From assembly GCA_964406515.1 (NCBI GenBank), contig CAYORV010000003.1, positions 1 to 58,976 of the forward strand: a stretch of DNA of 58,976 bases. Direction: 5' to 3'. Under the pieces are notes generated by a model, which worked only from the letters and a program-made list of their open reading frames with translations, ran no database searches and was not told the origin of the DNA. The DNA comes from Candidatus Woesearchaeota archaeon (GTDB lineage: Archaea > Nanobdellota > Nanobdellia > Pacearchaeales > GW2011-AR1). The translations under genes and the position numbers were made by a program. Below are positions 35,954 through 44,619 of the stretch, in pieces (within the stretch, counting starts at the first letter, position 1; the number at the start of each line of letters is the position of its first letter).

Positions 35954-37330
35954 ATGTTAGAAAAATTAGGAGACGTTCTTAGAAAAGCTACAGATAAGAT
36001 AGCAAATGCCATATTTGTAGATAAAGATTTAGTGGATTCAATAATCAGGGATTTACAACGAGCACTTATAGAAGCAGACATGAATGTTGTTTTAGTTAAG
36101 CAACTCAGCGATAAGATAAAAAAAGCATCTATGGATGAACGGATTAAAGGAATAGAAAAAAAAGAGCATTTGATTAAGCTTCTTCATGATGAATTACTAC
36201 ATATTCTTGGAGAGAAAAAAGAATTAAAATTACAAAAAGGACAGAATAGAATTATACTTCTTGGTTTATATGGTGCAGGGAAAACAACTACAATTTCTAA
36301 AATAGGAAATTACTTCGCAAAGAGAGGAAACAAGGTGGCACTTATCGGACTTGATGTTCACAGACCCGCAGCACCAGAACAATTAAAACAATTAGGAGAA
36401 AAACATAAACTAAATTATTTTATTGATGCTAAAGAAAAAGACCCATTAAAAATCTGGAAAAAATACAAAAAAGAGCTCAAAGATTATGATTTAATTCTTA
36501 TAGATACTGCAGGAAGACATAATTTAGATAAAGAATTAATCAAAGAAGTAAAATCATTAGATAAAGAAATAAAACCCACAGAAAGAATTCTTGTTATGCC
36601 TGCAGATATTGGTCAAGCTGCAAAACAACAAGCTCAAGCATTTGAAGAAGCTGTAAATATTTCTGGAGTAATTATTACAAGAATGGATTCAACTGCAAAA
36701 GCAGGTGGAGCATTAACAGCCTGTGCAGAAACAAAAGCCCCTGTTTATTTTATAGGAACAGGAGAAAAAATAAATGATTTAGAAGAATTCGATCCAGAAA
36801 GATTTCTTTCAAGATTGCTTGGAATGGGCGACCTTCAAACTTTAATAGAAAAAATAAAGTCTGTAACAGATGAAGATAAACAAAAAGCAGTTCAAAAAAG
36901 AATTGATGAGGGCAAGCTTTCATTAGAAGATGTTGTTGAACAAGTCAAATCAATGGGTTCGTTGGGAGGGTTTGATAAGATTAAAGGAATGATTCCAGGA
37001 TTTGCAAACATAAAAGATAAAATTCCAGAAGATATGATAGGAGGACAAGAAGAAAAAATTGCAAAATGGGAACATATCATAAAGAGCATGACATCAGAAG
37101 AAAAAGAAAACCCAGAAATATTGGAAAAGCAAACTTCGCGTATTTCAAGAATAGCCAAAGGAGCAGGAGTCAGTAGCACAGATGTTCGTTCACTTCTCAA
37201 ACAATATAAGATGCTTAATGAAATGATGAAGGGCGGAATGGATGATATGGACATGTCGCAAGGAATGAGCCAAAAGCAAATGATGAAGATGGCCAAAAAG
37301 ATGATGAAAGGCGGGAAGATGAAGTTTTAG
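35954..37330 (+). CDS. srp54: Signal recognition particle protein Srp54
   Basis: GLYGAGKTTT, DVHRPAA, DTAGR, Met-rich M domain. Confidence 0.96.
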   Translation: MLEKLGDVLRKATDKIANAIFVDKDLVDSIIRDLQRALIEADMNVVLVKQLSDKIKKASMDERIKGIEKKEHLIKLLHDELLHILGEKKELKLQKGQNRIILLGLYGAGKTTTISKIGNYFAKRGNKVALIGLDVHRPAAPEQLKQLGEKHKLNYFIDAKEKDPLKIWKKYKKELKDYDLILIDTAGRHNLDKELIKEVKSLDKEIKPTERILVMPADIGQAAKQQAQAFEEAVNISGVIITRMDSTAKAGGALTACAETKAPVYFIGTGEKINDLEEFDPERFLSRLLGMGDLQTLIEKIKSVTDEDKQKAVQKRIDEGKLSLEDVVEQVKSMGSLGGFDKIKGMIPGFANIKDKIPEDMIGGQEEKIAKWEHIIKSMTSEEKENPEILEKQTSRISRIAKGAGVSSTDVRSLLKQYKMLNEMMKGGMDDMDMSQGMSQKQMMKMAKKMMKGGKMKF

Positions 37331-37375
37331 GAAAAAACAAAATCCTATAGGAAATAAAAGATTAGTTAATTTAAA

Positions 37376-38032
37376 ATGGAAAAAATATTAGCGAATATAA
37401 AAAAAGGACATCTCTTAATATATTTTTTAGGGGTATCCCTCTCCCTCATATTCTTTTTACTCCAAAGCAAAACATGTAATGTGATTGGATTAATAGGTTT
37501 TATTATAATTCACTTATATGCCATTAAGGAAAAAAATCTTCTTTCCAGAATTTTTGGAGCAATTTATACTTTTATTTTTATCTTTTATCTAATAATTTAT
37601 CTTTCAATGGCTGTTGGAGAAATAAATATAACAGTAGTTTCTATTATCATATTCACAATTATCTTGCTTCTCGGGAGTGTAACAATTTACTTTTTAATTT
37701 TGAATAAAAGCAAAAATATCATCAGTATAACTTTAGGCTATCTTGGTCTTGCACTTAGTATAATTTTATTATTTGGATTTATTTTTTCCATACTGGGAAT
37801 GAATGCAGATAACCAGATAAAGGGACCAGACAATCAGTCCATAAAAGGAGTTTGGAACTATGTGGGTTTTAGTGCATCAAGTTTTTATGCTATTAATTTT
37901 GGCGAAGTCCCCCAGGGAATTTCAAGAGTATTCTCTTATATAGAGATTGCGATTAGTTTTATAATCCATATAATCATTTTAGGAGGAATCATAAATTCCC
38001 CTAAAAAACCGACACTATTAAAAAATGCCTAA
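37376..38032 (+). CDS. Multi-TM membrane protein with ion-channel-like pore region
   Basis: About six TMs; YVGFSASSFYAINFGEVP between the last two TMs. Confidence 0.5.
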   Translation: MEKILANIKKGHLLIYFLGVSLSLIFFLLQSKTCNVIGLIGFIIIHLYAIKEKNLLSRIFGAIYTFIFIFYLIIYLSMAVGEINITVVSIIIFTIILLLGSVTIYFLILNKSKNIISITLGYLGLALSIILLFGFIFSILGMNADNQIKGPDNQSIKGVWNYVGFSASSFYAINFGEVPQGISRVFSYIEIAISFIIHIIILGGIINSPKKPTLLKNA

Positions 38033-38726
38033 AACAATAGCACAAGGCGCAGAAGCAATCATCACCTTAGTAACTCCAACCTCGCTCTCAAAAAAATCTT
38101 CTTCTTTAACAACTTCTCAATCAATCGCGAGCCACAGCGAGCCATTTATTATAAAAGACCGCATTCCAAAAACATATCGCCTTCCAAAATTAGATAATAA
38201 AATCCGCTCGCGAAGAACTCGCTCAGAAACAAAACTTCTAGAAAAAGCCTCTTCAATTATCAACTCCCCCATCCCCCAACCTCAAAAAGATAAATTCAAA
38301 ATACAAATGCCTTACATAGATGGCAAAAAACTCTCTGAACATTTAGATTCTTTCTCATTACCAAAACAAAAACAAATCTGCAAACAAATTGGAGAATCAG
38401 TAGCAAAACTGCACAATGAAAATATAATTCACGGAGATTTAACAACAAGTAATATGATTCTAAAAGATAAAAAAATCTTCTTTATAGACTTCGGCCTTGG
38501 TTTTCAAAGCCACAAATACGAAGATAAAGCAGTTGACTTGCATCTTCTTCGTCAAGCACTTGAAGCAAAACACTTCAAACATTGGAAACAACTTTTTGAT
38601 GAAGTGATAAAGGGCTACCTCAGCAGAGGTTCTCGCACCCTCCTGGGGTGTAAAAAATCCCAAGATTTCAAAATAGTTTTAGAAAGATTAAAGGCTGTTG
38701 AAAAAAGAGGGAGATATAAACATTAA
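38025..38726 (+). CDS. bud32: KEOPS kinase Bud32
   Basis: QGAEA, IIHGDLTTSN, FIDFGL, EDKAVDL, C-terminal RGRY. Confidence 0.93.
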   Translation: MPKTIAQGAEAIITLVTPTSLSKKSSSLTTSQSIASHSEPFIIKDRIPKTYRLPKLDNKIRSRRTRSETKLLEKASSIINSPIPQPQKDKFKIQMPYIDGKKLSEHLDSFSLPKQKQICKQIGESVAKLHNENIIHGDLTTSNMILKDKKIFFIDFGLGFQSHKYEDKAVDLHLLRQALEAKHFKHWKQLFDEVIKGYLSRGSRTLLGCKKSQDFKIVLERLKAVEKRGRYKH

Positions 38727-39257
38727 TTAAGAAATTATGTTTAACGTTCGACACAATTCTAACATTGAAGCAATATATTGATTACTAGACATTTCAGAAA
38801 TTTGAATTAGTTGATTTTCAGAAGCCAATCCAATAGAATAGTTCACAAGTGCAGAGATAGCCTCATCAACCTTTCCTTCAGGATGCCCAGAAAAAGCAGA
38901 AACAACACCTCTTCCATCATCAGCGATTGTTAGTGCAGAACCAAGATATCTCAAAAGCCCTTCATCAACTGTAGGTGCTCTCGATAATGCAGTTAAATCT
39001 TGATTATCCCTCCAATAAGAAATATTTCCAATCGCTTTTTCATGAGCAAGAAATGCGTATTTTGTCCTCTTTTCAGGAAGAGGGTTATTCCCTATCTCTG
39101 CAGATTCTAAGGCAAGCCTATTAGGACTATCAACATTAAACATGCCCAACACAAAATGACCATATTTCCTATCAGGATGTTCATTTCCACTCAACTTTTC
39201 CAAATTTGAAACTAACAAATCTGCATTCGCTTTAGCCATTTCAAACATATCCATCAT
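38727..39257 (-). CDS. Hypothetical protein, weak GlcG/HbpS-like pattern
   Basis: AHEKA...GSAL...SAFSG...DEAISA; fold call is inference only. Confidence 0.45.
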   Translation of the reverse strand: MMDMFEMAKANADLLVSNLEKLSGNEHPDRKYGHFVLGMFNVDSPNRLALESAEIGNNPLPEKRTKYAFLAHEKAIGNISYWRDNQDLTALSRAPTVDEGLLRYLGSALTIADDGRGVVSAFSGHPEGKVDEAISALVNYSIGLASENQLIQISEMSSNQYIASMLELCRTLNIIS

Positions 39258-39316
39258 AAAAATTCAAGAATAAATCCCTTTTTAAATTTATCTTCTAAAA
39301 AATATAAAAGCATTAA

Positions 39317-39389
39317 TAGCCCCTCCAGGATTCGAACCTGGGTCACAGCCTTCAAAGGGCTGTATACTTGACCACTGTACTAAGGGGCT
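39317..39389 (-). tRNA. tRNA-Gln(UUG)
   Basis: AGCCCCT/AGGGGCT (A1-U72, typical of archaeal tRNA-Gln), CAGCC-CTTTGAA-GGCTG. Confidence 0.95.
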
Positions 39390-39508
39390 ATGAAAAACAA
39401 AACTTATCTTGATTTATAAAATTTACTAACCCACCTTATTCGTTAGAATTAAACCGCGAATCTAGATTAATAACTCTTCGATATGCGAGCTTACGAGCAC
39501 AAATTTTC

Positions 39509-40300
39509 TCACCCAAAAATTCTTTCATAATAAATCTCCCTATTAACTTCATGCCTTTTAGGATTTCTCGATTTAAGAAAATTCCCAAATCTCTTAGGCT
39601 TATATTTCTCTCCAATTAATGTTGCTGCTAATTTCTTATATTCAATACTTGCTTTTGAATTAGGCTTATATCTTGTAGAAGGAGTAAATTCTGCCAAAGA
39701 TTTCAAAATATCAATGTCGTGGGGAATAACTGCCATCACAGGAACTTCGGCCATATCTTCAATCTCACCAATATCCATCTCAAAATTTTTATTATGAACT
39801 TTATTTAAAACCAAACCAATAACAGGAGCACCCCGACGTTTTGCCATCTTAATTGCCTTAACAGTTGTTCTCAAAGTAGGATAATCTGGAGTAGCAACAG
39901 CAATAAGCCCATCAGAAGCCAGCACAACACCCAAAGTCTCTTCATTTAAAGCAGGAGAAGAATCAATCAAAACTACATCATATTTATTTTTCAAGGTCTT
40001 AAGTCTATTCGAAAGTTTCAAAGGGTTTGCATCTTTCCTATAAATCGAAGCAGGAAGAACATCAAAATTATCTAATTTGCAAATCGCCTTGTGAGCATTT
40101 GATTTTCTCTCAAGAACATTCTGAAGCGTGACCACTGGGTCAATTATATTCAAATGCAATCCCAAATTCGGAGCTGAAAGATTCCCATCAACTAACAAGA
40201 CTTTTCTACCAAAATCAGCCAAAGCATCACCCAAAGCAGACACAACAGAAGTCTTCCCAACACCTCCCTTCAAACTCAACACACCAATTGCCATCCCCAT
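39509..40300 (-). CDS. MinD/ParA-family ATPase
   Basis: KGGVGKTS, VLLVDG, IDSSP, VLNK. Confidence 0.88.
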   Translation of the reverse strand: MGMAIGVLSLKGGVGKTSVVSALGDALADFGRKVLLVDGNLSAPNLGLHLNIIDPVVTLQNVLERKSNAHKAICKLDNFDVLPASIYRKDANPLKLSNRLKTLKNKYDVVLIDSSPALNEETLGVVLASDGLIAVATPDYPTLRTTVKAIKMAKRRGAPVIGLVLNKVHNKNFEMDIGEIEDMAEVPVMAVIPHDIDILKSLAEFTPSTRYKPNSKASIEYKKLAATLIGEKYKPKRFGNFLKSRNPKRHEVNREIYYERIFG

Positions 40301-40365
40301 ATTATACCGAAAGAAATATTGTTTAAATAATTTTCATTAGTCATCGTAAGGTTTAAAAGATTAAA

Positions 40366-40719
40366 TTGCGGTTTAATATGATGCCAAAAATAAAACAAGA
40401 AAAGGCCAAAGAAAAATCAAAAAAATTAACTCAAGAAGAGTTTGAAAAAAAAGTCTTAGACCTAGCAAAAAAAGGACTTACAAGTGAAAAAATCGGAGAA
40501 GAATTAAAGAAACAAAAGATTCATTCAAAAGAATATAAAAAGAAAATATCCGAAATACTCGGAGATAAATATGAAATTCCAGATATTAAAAACATAGCAA
40601 CAAAATTAGAAAAAATAAAGGCGCATTCTGAGAAAAATAAAGGTGATAAAAGATCTATGAGAGAGAAAGAACGAGTCGCAGCGCAATTAAGAAGAGCGAA
40701 AAAATATTTCAAAAAATAA
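40366..40719 (+). CDS. rps15: 30S ribosomal protein S15 (shortened)
   Basis: LAKKGLTSEKIG...IPD...H..KNKGDK...LRRAKKYF; precedes a DHH gene as in other archaea. Confidence 0.85.
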   Translation: MRFNMMPKIKQEKAKEKSKKLTQEEFEKKVLDLAKKGLTSEKIGEELKKQKIHSKEYKKKISEILGDKYEIPDIKNIATKLEKIKAHSEKNKGDKRSMREKERVAAQLRRAKKYFKK

Positions 40720-40732
40720 TTTCTATTTAAAG

Positions 40733-42076
40733 ATGGAAAAAGAGGCAAAAAATAATAGTTTAGAATTGGAAATAGAAAAAGTTTCTGAAAAATTCATTAA
40801 AGAAAGTAAGGAAAAAGAAATTTATCTGGTAAGCCATTTTGATACAGATGGGATTACTTCTGCAACTATTATGATTAAAACATTAAAAAAACTTGACAAA
40901 AGATTCTCTGTAAAAATAGTCAAAAGACTCGAAAAAGAATTCATTGATCAATTACCCACAGATAAATTAATTTTATTTCTTGATTTAGCTTCTGGAAGTT
41001 TAAATCATCTCGAAAAATCTAATTTGGAAAATATTTTCATAATAGATCATCATGAAATATCTCAAAAAATTCCAAAGAATGTTCACATAATAAATTCAGA
41101 ATTAAATGGTAAACAAAAACTAAGCAGTTCTTGTCTTACTTATCTTTTTTGCAAACAAATAACTCCAGAGGTTAAAAAATTAGCAAAACTAGCAGTTCTC
41201 GGTATGATTGGAGATTCTATGGAAAAAAATTTAGATAAGATAAATAATCTTATATTAAACGATGGAGAAATCAAACGAAAAAGGGGACTTCTGATATATC
41301 CTTCTACAAGACCATTAAACAGAACTTTAGAATATTGTTCAGACCCTTATATTCCTGAAGTTACTGGAAACATGGAAGGAGTTTTAGAATTACTTCGGGA
41401 AATTGGATTAAATCCTGAAAATGGTAAATACAAAAGCTTAATTGAATTAAACGAAGAAGAAATGTCCAAACTCGTAACTTCAATAATACTTAGAAATCCC
41501 AAGGCAAAAAATAAAGAAATAGTAGGAGACATATTTTTAATCAAATTTTTTAATAAATTAGAAGATGCAAGAGAATTAAGCGCCATGATTAATGCTTGTT
41601 CAAGATTAGATAGAAGTGATATTGCCATACAATTTTGTATGGAAATCCCAAAAGCAAAAAAAATGGCAGAATCAATCCATATGAAATATAAACAATTTAT
41701 AATTTCTGGTTTAAAATTTGTTTCAGAAACAGAAAAAATAGAGGGGAATGGATTCGTAATAATAAATGCCAAGAACAATATCAAAGATACTATAGTTGGA
41801 ACAATTGCAAGTATTCTCTCAAACTCTGCATTATATGAGAAAGGAACAATAATTATTACAATGGCCTATTACAAAGATAAAATAAAAGTTTCATCTAGGA
41901 GCGTTGGAAGAGAAGGAAGAAATCTTCGAGAATTACTAACAAAAGTTGTAGAAAAAACAGGGGGAGAAGTTGGAGGACATAAATTTGCAGCAGGTTGCAT
42001 GATAAGTCAGGAAAAAGAAGAAGAATTTTTAGAATTTTTAAAAAAAGATTTAGAAATTGAATTAATCAAGGTTTAG
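40733..42076 (+). CDS. RecJ-like DHH-family phosphoesterase
   Basis: SHFDTDG, FLDLASG, IIDHH, GGHKFAAG. Confidence 0.92.
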   Translation: MEKEAKNNSLELEIEKVSEKFIKESKEKEIYLVSHFDTDGITSATIMIKTLKKLDKRFSVKIVKRLEKEFIDQLPTDKLILFLDLASGSLNHLEKSNLENIFIIDHHEISQKIPKNVHIINSELNGKQKLSSSCLTYLFCKQITPEVKKLAKLAVLGMIGDSMEKNLDKINNLILNDGEIKRKRGLLIYPSTRPLNRTLEYCSDPYIPEVTGNMEGVLELLREIGLNPENGKYKSLIELNEEEMSKLVTSIILRNPKAKNKEIVGDIFLIKFFNKLEDARELSAMINACSRLDRSDIAIQFCMEIPKAKKMAESIHMKYKQFIISGLKFVSETEKIEGNGFVIINAKNNIKDTIVGTIASILSNSALYEKGTIIITMAYYKDKIKVSSRSVGREGRNLRELLTKVVEKTGGEVGGHKFAAGCMISQEKEEEFLEFLKKDLEIELIKV

Positions 42077-42081
42077 ATTTT

Positions 42082-42504
42082 TTAAAAAAATTCTTCATCG
42101 ACAAAAAAATAATCTACAGAGAATACAAAAAGCCCAGGAAAATCAAATAAATGATTTCCATTAATGGTCCTAGAAGTTTTATCAAAGTGAAATTCATCTC
42201 CTCCCAAATAAGCATTAACTTTTGGTCGTCTAGAAGCATTCGCTCTAATTATCTTATCAGCAATACCTGCGTATCCATTTTCAAAACAATCTCTCAATAC
42301 AACAAACGATCTCGAATCTCTAAAATCATAACTCTCCTTAGGTAAAAAATTCTTTTCTGTTCTCTGATTTTTGGAATTGCCACCAACATAAAGTCTTTTA
42401 GAAGGAGCATCTAAGACTAAGCCAACCAAATCTCTTGGGTTTTCTTTAAGAAAAGCGACATATTTCTCAAATTCTCTTAAGGTCACTATTGTTCCCTCTA
42501 CCAT
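42082..42504 (-). CDS. Hypothetical protein
   Basis: 140-aa ORF filling the gap; no motif. Confidence 0.55.
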   Translation of the reverse strand: MVEGTIVTLREFEKYVAFLKENPRDLVGLVLDAPSKRLYVGGNSKNQRTEKNFLPKESYDFRDSRSFVVLRDCFENGYAGIADKIIRANASRRPKVNAYLGGDEFHFDKTSRTINGNHLFDFPGLFVFSVDYFFVDEEFF

Positions 42505-42585
42505 ATAGTTCTAAAAAAATTTCTCTTTTTAAAAGTTCCCATATCCTATCATAACCTTTAAAACCACAGAATTTCTTCATAAATC

Positions 42586-43296
42586 ATGGAACTAGAAGAA
42601 GGAGACGTTGTTTTGTGTACTGTAGAAAAAATAGTTGGAACTGTAGTATTTGTTAAAATAGAAGATGACCAAGAAGGGAGCATCATCATAAGTGAAATTG
42701 CTCCAGGAAGAATAAGAAATTTAAGAGATTACGTGGTACCAAAAAAGAAAATAGTATGCAAGGTTTTAAGAATTTCACAAAATGGAAATATTGATCTCTC
42801 ATTAAGAAGAGTAACACAAAAAGAAAAAAAAGAAGTATTGGAAAAAGATAAACAAGAAAAAAGTTATAAAAGTGTTTTGAAAAGTATTCTAAAAGAAAAA
42901 ACAGATGAAATAATTGAAAAAATATTAAAAGAAGATAAAATCTTTTCATTTCTAGAAGAAGCAAAAGAAAATTCAAAAAAACTTGAAAAGATTGTCGGAA
43001 AAAAGGATGCAGAAAAAATTCTGGACATATTAAAAAGTCAAAAAATAAAAAAAGCCATCATAAAAAAAGAGTTTTTTCTTACTAGTACAGAACCAAATGG
43101 TTTAGAGATAATTAAAGATATTTTAGGGCATGCAAAAGATCTTGAAATAAAATATCTCTCAGCAGGAAATTATTCAATTAAAAAAGAATCTGAAAATGCA
43201 AAAACAGCAGATAATGAAATCAAAGAATTTCTCTCAGAAATTGAAAAAAAATCCAAACAAAAAGGTTTCTCTTTCTCGATAAAAGAAAAAAATTAA
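42586..43296 (+). CDS. eif2a: Translation initiation factor 2 alpha subunit
   Basis: S1 domain EEGDVVLCTV...ISEIAPGRIRNLRD...IDLSLRRV. Confidence 0.9.
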   Translation: MELEEGDVVLCTVEKIVGTVVFVKIEDDQEGSIIISEIAPGRIRNLRDYVVPKKKIVCKVLRISQNGNIDLSLRRVTQKEKKEVLEKDKQEKSYKSVLKSILKEKTDEIIEKILKEDKIFSFLEEAKENSKKLEKIVGKKDAEKILDILKSQKIKKAIIKKEFFLTSTEPNGLEIIKDILGHAKDLEIKYLSAGNYSIKKESENAKTADNEIKEFLSEIEKKSKQKGFSFSIKEKN

Positions 43297-44492
43297 ATCA
43301 AAGTAGCCTGTTTCTCACCAAGCAAAGCCACACCATAAACTCCATCATATCCTGGCTTAACTTTTAATTTCTGCTCTCTATTCCTCATAATTAAACCAAC
43401 AAGTTTTTCATTCACTTGTTTCTCAATTAATTCTTCTCTTGAAACTCTAAGAAGGATATCAAATTCAGTTTCAAAAGATTCCATCAAAGAATTATATATT
43501 CTCCAAACACCTACACTCTGCATACCTTTGTCAATCGCCAAAGCAATCAACTCATGCAACGGCAAAAGTTTGTAAAAAGGTTTTGAATTTTCCGGCTTAA
43601 AGCCCAACTCTCGAGAAGCAAGCTGTTCTACACGGCTATCAACCCCTACAATCAATTTTTTTTGACAAACAGGACAAATATCTCCCAATTCCTTACTCTT
43701 CTCAGGAGAACAAGAAAACCCGCAATTTCTATGCCCATCCCAATGATATTTTCCATAAGCAGGATCTGTTTCAATTGTAGCTAAAAAAGTTTTATTTCTT
43801 ATTTGTTCTATAATTTCCTTATATGAATCTGTTTTCTTAAAAATCGTGGCTTCTCTACCTAATCTAAAAGGCCAAAAACTATGTGCATCAGAAAAACTAA
43901 CTATTGCTTTATTTTCTAACTCAGATATTCGCCAATTCATTTCAGGATCAGAAGATATACCAGTCTCAATTGCATGAATATTATCAAACTGATCTTTAAA
44001 ACATTCTTTCAAACTATCAAATCCAGACATACTTCCAAACAAACCAAACCAAGGAGTCCAAATGTGTGCAGGAATGACTTCTATATCAGAAGAAATTTTC
44101 ATCATCTCTTTAACAAATTCATCACCAGGAATCTTAAAAATAGGTCTGCCATCATAATCTCTTCTTCCTTTAGTATCAAAATAAGAATTAATCTTTTCTG
44201 CAATTTCAATACTAGGAACTAAAACAACAAGATGAATCCTTCTTCCTCTCTCTTGAGTATATATCAAGGAAATTTCTCCAGAAATAATAAAAGGGAAATC
44301 ATCAAGATAATAAAAACCATTTCCCCTATCTTCTAATTTTTTTATTTCCTCAAACCAAATTGGATGGGTAAAATCTCCTGTTCCCAGCAAGTGCAATCCT
44401 TTAATCCGTGCCCATTTAACAAGATTTTCAAAATTAATATTTTTACTACAAGCTCTTGAAAATCTAGAATGAATATGAAAGTCAGAAATCAT
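43293..44492 (-). CDS. Endonuclease Q-family PHP protein
   Basis: DFHIHSRFS, GTGDFTHP, PAHIWTPW, FSDAHS, GKYHWDGHRNC...CPVC, PGYDGVYG. Confidence 0.88.
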   Translation of the reverse strand: MISDFHIHSRFSRACSKNINFENLVKWARIKGLHLLGTGDFTHPIWFEEIKKLEDRGNGFYYLDDFPFIISGEISLIYTQERGRRIHLVVLVPSIEIAEKINSYFDTKGRRDYDGRPIFKIPGDEFVKEMMKISSDIEVIPAHIWTPWFGLFGSMSGFDSLKECFKDQFDNIHAIETGISSDPEMNWRISELENKAIVSFSDAHSFWPFRLGREATIFKKTDSYKEIIEQIRNKTFLATIETDPAYGKYHWDGHRNCGFSCSPEKSKELGDICPVCQKKLIVGVDSRVEQLASRELGFKPENSKPFYKLLPLHELIALAIDKGMQSVGVWRIYNSLMESFETEFDILLRVSREELIEKQVNEKLVGLIMRNREQKLKVKPGYDGVYGVALLGEKQATLI

Positions 44493-44619
44493 CCAATTAT
44501 CATCCCATCTCCATTAAAGATTAAGAAAAAACAAGATTAAAAAGATTTTGCTGTTTTCTAAAAAAGATTATTTAACATAAAAACAGCCACATCAATATCC
44601 ACAACGCCCAATTTAGAAA

